Positions 17,074-27,896 of a stretch of DNA of 64,000 nucleotides are shown piece after piece; the stretch's first letter is position 1, and each line of letters starts with the position of its first letter. The stretch spans positions 6,505-70,504 of the forward strand of contig JAPPEG010000314.1 of the NCBI GenBank assembly GCA_028875345.1, in the 5' to 3' direction. Both the position numbers and the translations under genes were made by a program. This DNA comes from Gemmatimonadota bacterium (GTDB taxonomy: Bacteria > Latescibacterota > UBA2968 > UBA8231). The notes beneath the pieces were generated by a model. The model searched no databases and was not told the DNA's origin. It saw nothing but the letters and a program-made list of their open reading frames with translations.

Positions 17074-19995
17074 TTATTTGAGCAAGGTTAGTTGTTTGGT
17101 GGCTAAATAGCCTCCGGCTCGCAATCTGTAGAAATAGATGCCGCTGGCGACTGTGTATCCGGCGTCGTTGCGCCCATTCCACTGGGTGCGATAGTATCCA
17201 GCGGCGAGATGCCGTGCGACCAAGGTGCGGATCTTTTGGCCTATCGCGTCGTACAGGGTCAATTCGACGGCAGCGGGGGTCGCTAGCTGGAATTCGATGG
17301 TCGTGGCTGCATTGAAGGGATTGGGGTAGTTCTGGGTAAGGGCAAAGGCGGCCGGTGTGGTCCCTTTGGCTGCGACGGGGTCTAGACTGGCGATCCATTC
17401 CGCGATGAGATCGGCTCCGCGCTCGTCGATGATTGAGGAAGCTAGCGGAGGCATGCGAAAGGTGCCCATCGTCAGTAGCCGCAGGTATAGCGTGGAAAGC
17501 TGCGGTTCTCCGGGGGAGAGGATGAGGGCCTCTGGCTCGCCTATATCGCCAAGTGTGGGAAAAGCCCCGATAGTATTGGTTTCGGTCAAGGGCGTGTCGT
17601 AGCGCAGGTCGATGATGGTGCGTCCGACGCTCTCGGGCCGATGGCACGGTGCGCAGTTGACATCCAGGTACGAGCGGGCGCGCTGGTCGAGCGGGACGCT
17701 GGGGTCGAAGGGATTGGGCAGACGGGGCAGGGAAGACAGGTCGGCTGGCAACTCTTCGGTGAAAAGGCCCTGTTGGGCGAGGGAGTGCAACTGGTTTTGC
17801 TCCGCGCCCGCGTGGAGTTGGGCTGTGTGGACGCCGAGGACGTAGCCCGCGCCCTTGGTGTGGCAGACTTCGCAGTCTTGGCGCGCGGGAAAGTAGTACT
17901 CCTGCAAGAAAAAGCCCACCGGATCTTGGGGGTCGTCAATCACGTATGCAACGGTCGTGCTGTCGGCGAGCAAGGAGGCGTCGGTGCCTGCTTCGTTCCA
18001 CAGGTAGCTGTAACCATCCCATCCCGGATCATCCACGCGCTTGACGAGGAAGCGCGTTTCGATGATGCGCCGGCTGGCCGGATCGCCGCGCACCAAGTCG
18101 AGGTAAAAGTTTTTGATCAGAAGGGTCTCGTCGGGAAAGCTCCAAGGCCCGCTGCTGGCAAAGTCAATGCGCTCGCCGGGCGGCAGGCGAATGAACCGAG
18201 TCTTTGTGGTTCCGTCCGACCAAAACGGCGCATTGACTTCGTACGGCACTACACTGGCTGCGGGCGTTTGCGTGGGTAGGTCGCTGAAAACCTGCGCATC
18301 GGCCAAGCTCGCAGGTGGGAATTCCTCAGCGGGCGGCAGGACGATTTCCCACAGCCCGCGCTTGCCGCTCCATTCGATCACATAGAGGCGGTTGCCGATA
18401 ATTTCCGCGTCAATGGGATTGGAAAATCCGCCGACGATGCGAGTGACGCGCGCTTCGTAATTGTCGCCGACTTTGGCCAAATCGAGATGCAGCAGGTCCT
18501 GGCTGGGGTCGTTGAACGGCCCGTTGACGCTGTCCCCGTCGGGATCGCCGCGAGTCCAACTGAGCGTGAAGCCGTCGCCTTGGAACGGCTCGGCAAGGGC
18601 ACGGTCCGCGTCGAATACCAATCCGAGCGGCGAGCGGTGTGCGGTGAAGGTGCCAAAGCGCACGCCTTCCTCACTGGCGTCCTTGATGCGGCCGTCGGCG
18701 GGATCGCGGTAGGCGTCGGCGTCTGGTCCGAGATTGATCACCGGGTCGGTGAAATCGCGCGGTGGCGGTGGGTATGTGGGATCGTTGTGGTAGTAGCCTT
18801 CGCGCACGGCCGTGGAGCGAGGGGAGAGGAGGAAGTCGGTGGCTGGGTCGTAGTCGGGAAATTGCTGGGGGGTGTCGTCGAGACCCATGCGCCAGGGGAA
18901 TCCGTAGTGATGCCCTTGACGCAGCCAATTGAGTTCCTCGGGCATGTCGCGGCCGGGTCCGTTTTCCGTGGTGAAAAGGTCGCCGTTGGGCGCGAAGGCG
19001 AAGTCGTAGGCATTGCGCAAGCCCTCGGCAAAGAGGAATCCTTGGTCGAGGAGCTCATAGCGGCTGTTGGGCAGTACGAGGTCGCGGGCATCGGTCGGAA
19101 CGCGCAAGATGATAGCTGTGAGCGTGGTTTCGCGCAGCCCGGGGAAGTGCCCGTCGCCGTCTTGGATTTCGCCGTGATCGGTGCGCGAGCCGCTGTTGAT
19201 AAAGAGCGAGCGGTTGTCAGGGCTGACGATTAGTGCATTGACTTCGTGGTTGTAGATGCAGTCGCACCGCTCATAAGGTTCGGTCTCCGCGAGGGTGAAC
19301 CAGGTGCGCTCGCCGCTGCTCGGATCGACTTCGCCCTTGGTGATGGTGGCGATGTTGTAGATGGACAGGTCAATGCGTTTGAGGACGTAAAAGGTGCTGG
19401 CTTCGTCGATAAATAGTGCGCTCGGGCGGATGAAACCGTGGTCGGCGACCGTGTACACTGTGCCCTCAGGCAAGAGGGTGATGTCGCCATTGGTTGTCTT
19501 GAGGACGTAGCGGTTGTTGGTCGTGGGGTCGCGGCCAAAAATGGAGGCGGTGAGGATGTCGTCGATGGGAACGTCGGCGGGTAGGTTGTCCGGGTCGAGC
19601 TGTTCCCACTGCCGCTCGCCGGTGTCGGCGTCGAGCAAAATGCCTCGGGCGAGGGCAAATTGGCCGCTGTCGCGAGGGCCGTGGCGATTGGAGGCTAAGT
19701 AGAATGAGCCATCCGGCCCGATGGCAAAGCCCGTGAAGCCGGCGCTGATGCCGTGGTCGCGGTGGGAGTATGTTGGGACGAGCCTAGCCGCTGTTAGGTC
19801 TATGCGTTCAATCGCGCCGTCCTGCCGCAAGATATAGAGCGCGTCGTCGCGTGGATCCTTGGCGATGCGGATGGTGCCCTGGGAGACGCTGAGGATGCGG
19901 CGGATTTCAATGTCGTCTCGGGTAGCTTGAGGGTCGGCATAGGCGGTGGAGCAAAGGGCAGCGAGCGCGGCGAGCGAGAAGCAACGGACCAGCAT
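17074..19995 (-). CDS. Secreted PQQ-dependent sugar dehydrogenase-like beta-propeller protein with inserted two-CxxCH heme module and T9SS type-A CTD
   Basis: Signal MLVRCFSLAALAALCSTAYA. Glucose/sorbosone dehydrogenase-type motifs are EGLRNAYDFAFAPNGDLFTTENGPGRD..ELNWLRQGHHYGFPW. CEVCH lies at about 17859-17875 and CAPCH at about 17641-17657. The C-terminus is FALTQNYPNPFNAATTIEF..ASGIYFYRL..KQLTLLK. Confidence 0.8.
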   Translation of the reverse strand: MLVRCFSLAALAALCSTAYADPQATRDDIEIRRILSVSQGTIRIAKDPRDDALYILRQDGAIERIDLTAARLVPTYSHRDHGISAGFTGFAIGPDGSFYLASNRHGPRDSGQFALARGILLDADTGERQWEQLDPDNLPADVPIDDILTASIFGRDPTTNNRYVLKTTNGDITLLPEGTVYTVADHGFIRPSALFIDEASTFYVLKRIDLSIYNIATITKGEVDPSSGERTWFTLAETEPYERCDCIYNHEVNALIVSPDNRSLFINSGSRTDHGEIQDGDGHFPGLRETTLTAIILRVPTDARDLVLPNSRYELLDQGFLFAEGLRNAYDFAFAPNGDLFTTENGPGRDMPEELNWLRQGHHYGFPWRMGLDDTPQQFPDYDPATDFLLSPRSTAVREGYYHNDPTYPPPPRDFTDPVINLGPDADAYRDPADGRIKDASEEGVRFGTFTAHRSPLGLVFDADRALAEPFQGDGFTLSWTRGDPDGDSVNGPFNDPSQDLLHLDLAKVGDNYEARVTRIVGGFSNPIDAEIIGNRLYVIEWSGKRGLWEIVLPPAEEFPPASLADAQVFSDLPTQTPAASVVPYEVNAPFWSDGTTKTRFIRLPPGERIDFASSGPWSFPDETLLIKNFYLDLVRGDPASRRIIETRFLVKRVDDPGWDGYSYLWNEAGTDASLLADSTTVAYVIDDPQDPVGFFLQEYYFPARQDCEVCHTKGAGYVLGVHTAQLHAGAEQNQLHSLAQQGLFTEELPADLSSLPRLPNPFDPSVPLDQRARSYLDVNCAPCHRPESVGRTIIDLRYDTPLTETNTIGAFPTLGDIGEPEALILSPGEPQLSTLYLRLLTMGTFRMPPLASSIIDERGADLIAEWIASLDPVAAKGTTPAAFALTQNYPNPFNAATTIEFQLATPAAVELTLYDAIGQKIRTLVARHLAAGYYRTQWNGRNDAGYTVASGIYFYRLRAGGYLATKQLTLLK
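18330..19995 (-). repeat. Tandem duplicated segment (propeller-coding part of the heme-containing paralog)
   Basis: It encodes about 555 aa that align nearly residue-for-residue with the product of 20340-21999. Confidence 0.75.
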
Positions 19996-20013
19996 GAGGT
20001 TCTTTAGAAATGC

Positions 20014-21999
20014 TCACTTGAGCAGCGTGAGTTGGCGGGTGGCGACAAAGTCATCGGCCGATAGCTGGTATAGATACGCGCCGCTGGCTACTGGCTCGTC
20101 GCGGTCGTTGCGGCCGTCCCATTGCAGGCGGTGATGCCCAGCGGGCAGGGAACCGCTGATGAGGGTGCGCACGCGCTGGCCGTTGATGCTGTAAATGACC
20201 AGCTCGACTTGGGACGCGAGGGCGAGTTGGAAGGTAATGGTGGTGCTTGCGTTAAAGGGGTTGGGGAAGTTTTGCGCTAGCGCAAACTCTGCGGGCACAA
20301 TGCCTTCGGCCTCGGCAACAGCCGTCTCGGTTGCAGCCTGTGGCAGAGTGATTTCCCACAGGCCGCGCCCGCCGCCCCATTCGATCACATAGAGGCGGTT
20401 GCCGATGATTTCCGCGTCAATGGGGTTGGAAAACCCGCCTACGATGCGGGTGACGCGCGCCTCGTAGTTGTCGCCGACTTTGGCCAAATCGAGGTGTAGC
20501 AGGTCTTGGCTGGGGTCGTTGAATGGACCGGCAACATCATCGCCGTCGGGATCGCCTTCGGTCCAGCTAAGCACGAAGCCATCGCCTTGGAATGGTTCGG
20601 CGAGAGCATTATCTGCGTCGAAGACCAACCCTAAAGGGGAACGATGCGCGGTGAAGGTGCCGAAGCGCATGTCCTCTTCGCTGGCGTCCTTGATTTGGCC
20701 ATCGGCTGGATCGCGGTAGGCATCGGCGTCCGGTCCGAGGTTGATCACTGGCTCGGTGAAGTCGCGCGGCGGCGGTGGATACGTGGGATCGTTGTGGTAG
20801 TAGCCTTCGCGCACAGCCGTGAATCTAGCGGGAAGGAGAAAGTCGTTGGCGGGGTCGTAGTCGGGAAATTGCTGCGGGGTGTCTTCGAGCCCCATGCGCC
20901 AGGGGAAGCCGTAGTGATGCCCTTCGCGCAGCCAGTTGAGTTCCTCGGCCATGTCGCGGTCCGGTCCGTTTTCCGTGGCGAAGAGGTCGCCGTTGGGCGC
21001 GAAGGCGAGGTCGTAGGCATTGCGCAGGCCCTCGGCAAAGAGGAAGCCTTGGGCGCGCAGGGCGTCGCGGTCGTTGGGCAGCACGAGATCTCGGGCATCG
21101 GTCGGAACGCGCAAGACGATAGCTGTGAGCGCGGTTTCGCGCAGGTCGGAAAACTGCCTGTTGCCGTCTTGTATCTCGCCGTGATCGGTGCGCGAGCCGC
21201 TGTTAATAAAGAGCGAGCGATTGTCGGGGCTGACGACTAGCCCATTGACCTCGTGGTTGAAGATGCAGTCGCACCGCTCATAGGGTGCGGTTTCCGCGAG
21301 TGTAAACCAAGTGCGCTCTCCATTGCTCGGATCGATCTCGCCCTTGGTGATCGTGGCGATGTTGTAGCTGGATAGGTCGATGCGTTTGAGGACGTAAAAG
21401 GTGCCGTCGGCGTCGATAAACAGGGCACTCGGGCGGCTGAATCCGTGGTCGGTGGCCGTGTACACCGTGCCCGATGGTACGAGGGTGATGTCGCCGTTGG
21501 TCTTGAGTGCGTAGCGGATATCGGTCGTGGGATCGCGGCCGAGGCTGGTGGCGGCGAGGATGTCGTCGATGGGAACGTCAACGGGCAGGTTGTCTGGGTC
21601 GAGCTGTTCCCACCTTCGCTCGCCGGTGTCGGCGTCGAGCAAAATGCCGCGGGTGAGGGCAAAGTGGCCGCTGTCGCGCGGACCACGGCGGTTCGATGCA
21701 AGGTAAAACGAGCCATCTGGCCCAATGGCAAAGCCCGTAAATCCGCTGCGGATGCCGTGATCGTCTCTGGAGTATGTCGGCGTGTGTATGGCTGCTGCTA
21801 GATCGATGAGACCAATCGAACCGTCTTGTCGCAAGGTGTAGAGCGCATTGTTGCGCGGATCCTTGGCGATGCGAACTGTGCCTCGGGGGACGTTGAGGAT
21901 GCGGCTAATTTCGATGTCGTCGCGGGTGGCTTGCGGGTCGGCATAGGCGGTGGAGCAAAGAGCAGCGAGTACAGCGAATGAGAGGTAATGGGCGAACAT
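20014..21999 (-). CDS. Secreted PQQ-dependent sugar dehydrogenase-like protein with T9SS type-A CTD (paralog lacking the heme module)
   Basis: It is highly similar to the first ~555 aa of the 17074-19995 product. It proceeds directly from ..RGLWEITLPQ into FALAQNFPNPFNASTTITF..ASGAYLYQL..RQLTLLK. Confidence 0.8.
   Translation of the reverse strand: MFAHYLSFAVLAALCSTAYADPQATRDDIEISRILNVPRGTVRIAKDPRNNALYTLRQDGSIGLIDLAAAIHTPTYSRDDHGIRSGFTGFAIGPDGSFYLASNRRGPRDSGHFALTRGILLDADTGERRWEQLDPDNLPVDVPIDDILAATSLGRDPTTDIRYALKTNGDITLVPSGTVYTATDHGFSRPSALFIDADGTFYVLKRIDLSSYNIATITKGEIDPSNGERTWFTLAETAPYERCDCIFNHEVNGLVVSPDNRSLFINSGSRTDHGEIQDGNRQFSDLRETALTAIVLRVPTDARDLVLPNDRDALRAQGFLFAEGLRNAYDLAFAPNGDLFATENGPDRDMAEELNWLREGHHYGFPWRMGLEDTPQQFPDYDPANDFLLPARFTAVREGYYHNDPTYPPPPRDFTEPVINLGPDADAYRDPADGQIKDASEEDMRFGTFTAHRSPLGLVFDADNALAEPFQGDGFVLSWTEGDPDGDDVAGPFNDPSQDLLHLDLAKVGDNYEARVTRIVGGFSNPIDAEIIGNRLYVIEWGGGRGLWEITLPQAATETAVAEAEGIVPAEFALAQNFPNPFNASTTITFQLALASQVELVIYSINGQRVRTLISGSLPAGHHRLQWDGRNDRDEPVASGAYLYQLSADDFVATRQLTLLK
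20340..21999 (-). repeat. Tandem duplicated segment (propeller-coding part of the short paralog)
   Basis: See 18330-19995. Confidence 0.75.
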
Positions 22000-22045
22000 G
22001 GGGTCCTTTCAGAGGAAGAATGGGGTAAGGGTCAATACAGTGGGG

Positions 22046-22423
22046 TCAGGGCCGAAAGATTTTTAGATTGAGTTCGTTGATTTCGCGGTAGTGTTTTCTA
22101 TTGGCTGTACAAAGTGTTAAATGATGTTCAATAGCGGTTGCGGCAATCAAGGCATCAGCTAGATACAGCGCTGTCTTAAGGGTGTATTCCTCCATATATA
22201 CAGACGCTCGGTGGCCGATATTTTCAGTGAGAGGTACGGTCTGAAAGGCGTGATCTGTGAGAAAATTCTTGATCTTTTTTAACTCCTGTCGGTTTCTTGC
22301 ACCCTGGATAAATTCCATATACGTAACAATTGATATCTGACGATCAGCGATACGGTCAACGAGATTTGCCGCCCCTTCATGGCCTCTGAAAACCCATATC
22401 ACAACATCGGTATCAAAAATCAT
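22046..22423 (-). CDS. vapC: PIN-domain toxin (VapC-type) of a type II toxin-antitoxin pair
   Basis: It is 125 aa. The N-terminus MIFDTDVVIW carries the first PIN acidic residues, and ..ADALIAATAIEH.. is typical of VapC. It overlaps the upstream antitoxin gene by 11 nt and sits in a low-GC patch. Confidence 0.75.
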   Translation of the reverse strand: MIFDTDVVIWVFRGHEGAANLVDRIADRQISIVTYMEFIQGARNRQELKKIKNFLTDHAFQTVPLTENIGHRASVYMEEYTLKTALYLADALIAATAIEHHLTLCTANRKHYREINELNLKIFRP

Positions 22424-22658
22424 TCAAGCGGCCTTTGCGCAAACTGCGGACGTAAGCATCGACATCGGTCATGTCTTTTCTGTCTCGCCACAGACCAAAA
22501 GCCTCGTGGTCTTTTACCGATTTGTCTGTTCGCTGTCGGCTGGGAGACAGGATGGCTTTTTCCTTGCCGCGATAAAAAATAGTGACCGATTCGTTGCGGT
22601 CGAGAGCGAGCAAAACATCTTTCATGCGTCGTCTTAAATCGAGAATAGATGCTTTCAT
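22413..22658 (-). CDS. Phd/YefM-type antitoxin
   Basis: It is 81 aa. The fold signature MKASILDLRRRMKDVLLALDRNESVTIFYRGKEKAILSP matches Phd/YefM. AAGGAG (rc of 22664-22669) lies 5 nt upstream of the ATG. Confidence 0.7.
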   Translation of the reverse strand: MKASILDLRRRMKDVLLALDRNESVTIFYRGKEKAILSPSRQRTDKSVKDHEAFGLWRDRKDMTDVDAYVRSLRKGRLNDF

Positions 22659-22676
22659 AATTTCTCCTTAAAGTGG

Positions 22677-22710
22677 ACACATAATGTGTGCAATTAAAAA
22701 TAAATGTCAA
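22677..22710 (-). promoter_or_regulatory. Toxin-antitoxin promoter with overlapping palindromic operator
   Basis: On the minus strand, TTGACA (22710-22705)-N18-CATTAT (22686-22681). The perfect 13-nt palindrome ACACATAATGTGT (22677-22689) covers the -10 element. Confidence 0.5.
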
Positions 22711-22909
22711 GCGGTGAATTGGGTTCAAGCCGAATCTGGATAGCGATGTGAAAAGTCTATTCGGTCGTAGATGACACAGGCGCTTTGACTTTTCGGCGGG
22801 CGTGGATTTCCCGTTTGAATGCTTACAACCGGAAGGCAAGTCGCGGAACTATTCGACCTAGGAACGGAGCCAATAACTCTTTGCCTAACAGGTTATTAGC
22901 ACGTTTATA

Positions 22910-24288
<1,379 letters not shown>

Positions 24289-24292
<4 letters not shown>

Positions 24293-25608
24293 TGGCGCGC
24301 TCCAAAAGCTAGCTCTTCGCGGGCTTGCTCGATTTGCACGTCCACAAACTCGTTGGGCCGGGCTGGACCGGCGAAGAGTACCTTAATGTAGTTGTCGCTC
24401 AAGCCGATCTGCAAACCGGTGGCCGGGTCTGAACGTCCTTCAGCGAGGACTTGGAGAGAGCGGTCGACAAAGCGCTGGTGGAACGCGAGTCGCTTGGTTG
24501 CGCCGAGGGCGATGAGCGCTTGGGCGCGCTCCTTTTTGACCGCGGCGTCTTGGTGATCGGGCAGGTGCTCGGCCGGAGTTCCTTCGCGCTGGGAGTACGA
24601 AAAGACGTGGAGATACGTCAGCGGCAGGTCGGCCAACAGGGCGCGAGTCTGGGCAAAATGCGCGTTGGTTTCCCCGGGGAAGCCGACCATGACGTCGGCG
24701 CCAATGGCGCAATCGGGAATGCGGCTGGCGATTCGCTCGATCCGCTCGGCGTAATAGGCGCGAGTGTAGCGCCGTCCCATGCGCTTGAGAATGTGGTCGT
24801 CGCCGCTTTGCAAAGGCACGTGGAAATGGCGGCAGATCGCCGGGGAAGCTGCGGCTTGGTCAATCAGCGCGTCGGTGACGTAACCCGGCTCAATGGAATT
24901 GAGGCGAATGCGCTCCAAGCCGGCGATCTGCTCCAACGCGGCGAGCAGTTCGACGAGGGCCTCGGGCTGGCCTTGGTCGAATCCGTAGCGGCCCGTATGG
25001 ACGCCGGTCAGGGCGAGCTCTCGGTAGCCGGCCGAGACCATACGCTGGGCTTGGACGATGACTTCGGCGGCTGGACGGCTGGCGCTGTGCCCACGCACCG
25101 CTGGGATAATGCAATAGGTGCAGTGTTCGTCGCAGCCGTCTTGGATTTGCAGGCTGCCGCGCGTGCGGCCTTGGGGCACTGCGCCGTCAATGGCGAGAAA
25201 TTGCTCCGTGCGCGGCCTCGTTGCCGAGGGCGCAGGAGTCTCGGTGCCCGCTAGATGCGCTTCGATCAGTTCGACGAGTTGGGCCTTCTGGCCATTGCCT
25301 ACGACCAAGTCGGCACCGGCCGCGGTGAGGTCTGCTGGCCGCCGCTGGGCATAGCAGCCAGTGGCGACGATCTCCGCGCTTGGATTGCGACGCCGGGCGC
25401 GACGCACGGCCTTGCGCGAGTCCGCATCGCCTGCGCCGGTGACCGTGCAGGTATTGACCACGTACACGTCGGCCTCAGTGCCGAAGGGCACGACTGAATA
25501 GCCGCGCTCGGTCAGACGGTGAGCAAGGGCTTCTACTTCGTAGGCATTGAGCTTGCAGCCCACGTTTTGTAGGGCCACGCGCGCGTTTTTGGATGTTTGA
25601 GTGCCCAT
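24289..25608 (-). CDS. mtaB: MiaB-like methylthiotransferase (MtaB family)
   Basis: VALQNVGCKLNAYEVEAL..VVNTCTVTG. Radical-SAM motif GCDEHCTYCIIP. Its stop overlaps the miaB start. Confidence 0.7.
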
Positions 25609-25677
25609 AAGTCGCGAAAGGGAAACGAGATAAACAATAAAAGTTAAAGATCGACCCTCTCTTGGGCAATGGGCCGC

Positions 25678-27894
25678 TCAGGCGGGTTCAAGCTGGGCGT
25701 AGGCGACGGCGATGCGTTTGGTCCGCGTCCCAAAGCGGATGGAGAGCTTCATCTTTTCGCCCTGCCCCTCGCGGCTGACGATTTGGCCGCGCCCCCATTG
25801 GGGGTGGCGCACCCACTGGCCAACGGCGAGGAAGTCGTCTTGATCGACAAACTCGTCGAAGCCGGGCGACTGCTCGGCGTCCCACTCGTAGTGGACGCCT
25901 TGGGGAGCTGGAGCCTTTTTGCGGGCCGGCGGGCCGACGCGCCGTCGCGAGCGGTCAAAGCCGCGGTCCAACTCGTAGTTCTGAGTCGTCAGCTCGGCGG
26001 GGACTTCGCTTAAAAACCGCGAGGGTTCGGTTGCCAGTAGCGAGCCGTACGCATAGCGGCGCAGGGCATAGGTGAGGTTGAGCTGCTCTTGCGCACGGGT
26101 CATGCCCACGTAGCAGAGCCGGCGCTCCTCTTCAATGGCTTGGGGATCGTCGATGGCCCGCGCCGTGGGAAAGAGGTTTTCTTCGAGACCGCAGACAAAG
26201 ACCAAGGGGAACTCTAAGCCCTTGGCACTGTGCAGGGTCATCAAAGTAATGGCGTTGCCATTGTTGTCGCTTTCGTCCGCCGAGGTCAGCAGCGACTTTT
26301 CTTCGAGATAGGTCGCTAAAGCCGAGTCTGGGTTCGCGTCTGCGTATTCGGTCATTTCGGCCAACAGCTGGTCGAGGTTCTGCAAGCGCGCCTCGGCTTC
26401 CGGGGTGTTTTCCGCTGCGAGCATGGCGCGGTACCCACTCTTTTCGACGACGGCAAAGCCCAGTTCAGGCAGGGAGAGTGCATCGGTAGCTGCCGTTAGT
26501 TCTCCGATCAACTCGGCGAAGGCAGCGAGGCTTTTTTGCGCGCGGCCGCTGAGGTTGGGTACATCGTCGAGGTGTTCAAGTGCAATGGAAAGGCTCCAGC
26601 CCTGGGCTTGGGCAAAAGCCTGCAAGCGGTCGAGGGAGGTATCGCCAATGCCGCGACGGGGCGTATTGACGATGCGGCGTAGGGCAATGTCGTCGGCCGG
26701 GTTGACCAACAGGCGCAAATAGGACAGCACATCGCGGATTTCGCGGCGGTCGTAAAAGCGGATGCCCCCGACGATTACGTAAGGGAGACGGGCGCGTTGC
26801 AATTCCTCTTCAAAGGGCCGCGACTGGGCGTTGGTGCGGTAGAGCACCGCCGCGTCCCCAAGCCCGTAGCGGCCCAAGCGGTCGTAGCGCTGGATGGCAT
26901 CGACGACGTGGCGGGCCTCGCGGCGGTCCGAGTCGCATTCGACGACCGCGACCGGGTCGCCCTCGGGGCCGTTCGTCCACAGCTCTTTGCCCTTGCGACC
27001 TTGGTTGTGGCTGATGACGGCATTGGCCGCGGCGAGGATGCGGCCGGTGGAGCGGTAATTTTGCTCTAATCGCACTATGCAGGTGTCTGGATAGTCGCGC
27101 TCAAAGTCGAGGATATTGCGGATGTCGGCACCGCGAAATTGGTAGATCGACTGGTCGTCATCCCCGACCACGCAGATGTTGCGGTGGAGCGCCGCTAGCT
27201 GGCGACAGAGCAAGTATTGGGGCCGGTTCGTGTCCTGGTATTCATCGACGAGCAGGTGCTCAAAGCGCTCTTGGTAGGTTTGCAGAATGTCTGGGTGGCG
27301 GTCGAACTGGCGCACGACCTCGATGAGCAAGTCGTCGAAATCAAGAGCTTGGTTGCGGCGCAGTTCGCGCTCGTAATCGGCGTAGAGTTCGGCAATTTGC
27401 CGTTGGTGTTCGTTCGCTTGGTGTGCGAATTCCAACGGGTCGAGCATGGCGTTCTTGGCGCGGCTGATCTGGCTGACGACAGCGCGCGGCGCGAGTTCGC
27501 GCTCGTCGATTTGGTGGGCATTGAGGACGCGGCGGATGGTGGCGCGGCGGTCGTCTTCGTCGTAGATGGAGAAGTTGGGATCTAAACCAAACCCTTCGGC
27601 TTGGCGGCGCAGGATGCGCGCACAGATCGAGTGGAAGGTGCCGATCCATAGTTCGGTGGCCGCCGGTCCGACTAGCTGCTCGATGCGCTCGCGCATTTCG
27701 CCCGCCGCCTTGTTGGTAAAGGTCGCGGCGAGAATGCGCCACGGGGGCACACCGACTTCTTTGATGAGGAAAGCGATGCGATGGGTGAGTACGCGGGTCT
27801 TGCCCGAGCCGGCCCCGGCGAGGATCAACAGCGGCCCGCCCGAGGTCTCGGCTGCGCTGCGCTGCGCTGGATTGAGGGCGTCTAGTATGGACAT
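25678..27894 (-). CDS. pcrA: ATP-dependent DNA helicase PcrA/UvrD
   Basis: LNPAQRSAAE..LILAGAGSGKTRVLTHRIAFLI (Walker A), VDEYQDTN, the helicase motifs that follow, and a C-terminal Tudor-like tail. Confidence 0.9.
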   Translation of the reverse strand: MSILDALNPAQRSAAETSGGPLLILAGAGSGKTRVLTHRIAFLIKEVGVPPWRILAATFTNKAAGEMRERIEQLVGPAATELWIGTFHSICARILRRQAEGFGLDPNFSIYDEDDRRATIRRVLNAHQIDERELAPRAVVSQISRAKNAMLDPLEFAHQANEHQRQIAELYADYERELRRNQALDFDDLLIEVVRQFDRHPDILQTYQERFEHLLVDEYQDTNRPQYLLCRQLAALHRNICVVGDDDQSIYQFRGADIRNILDFERDYPDTCIVRLEQNYRSTGRILAAANAVISHNQGRKGKELWTNGPEGDPVAVVECDSDRREARHVVDAIQRYDRLGRYGLGDAAVLYRTNAQSRPFEEELQRARLPYVIVGGIRFYDRREIRDVLSYLRLLVNPADDIALRRIVNTPRRGIGDTSLDRLQAFAQAQGWSLSIALEHLDDVPNLSGRAQKSLAAFAELIGELTAATDALSLPELGFAVVEKSGYRAMLAAENTPEAEARLQNLDQLLAEMTEYADANPDSALATYLEEKSLLTSADESDNNGNAITLMTLHSAKGLEFPLVFVCGLEENLFPTARAIDDPQAIEEERRLCYVGMTRAQEQLNLTYALRRYAYGSLLATEPSRFLSEVPAELTTQNYELDRGFDRSRRRVGPPARKKAPAPQGVHYEWDAEQSPGFDEFVDQDDFLAVGQWVRHPQWGRGQIVSREGQGEKMKLSIRFGTRTKRIAVAYAQLEPA

Positions 27895-27896
27895 CC

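Noticed and set aside
25678-27894. UvrD/PcrA helicase as part of a defence system next to the toxin-antitoxin pair
   Set aside because: It has full-length canonical PcrA architecture, is embedded among housekeeping genes (mltG, mtaB, miaB), and has no nuclease or other defence partner nearby.
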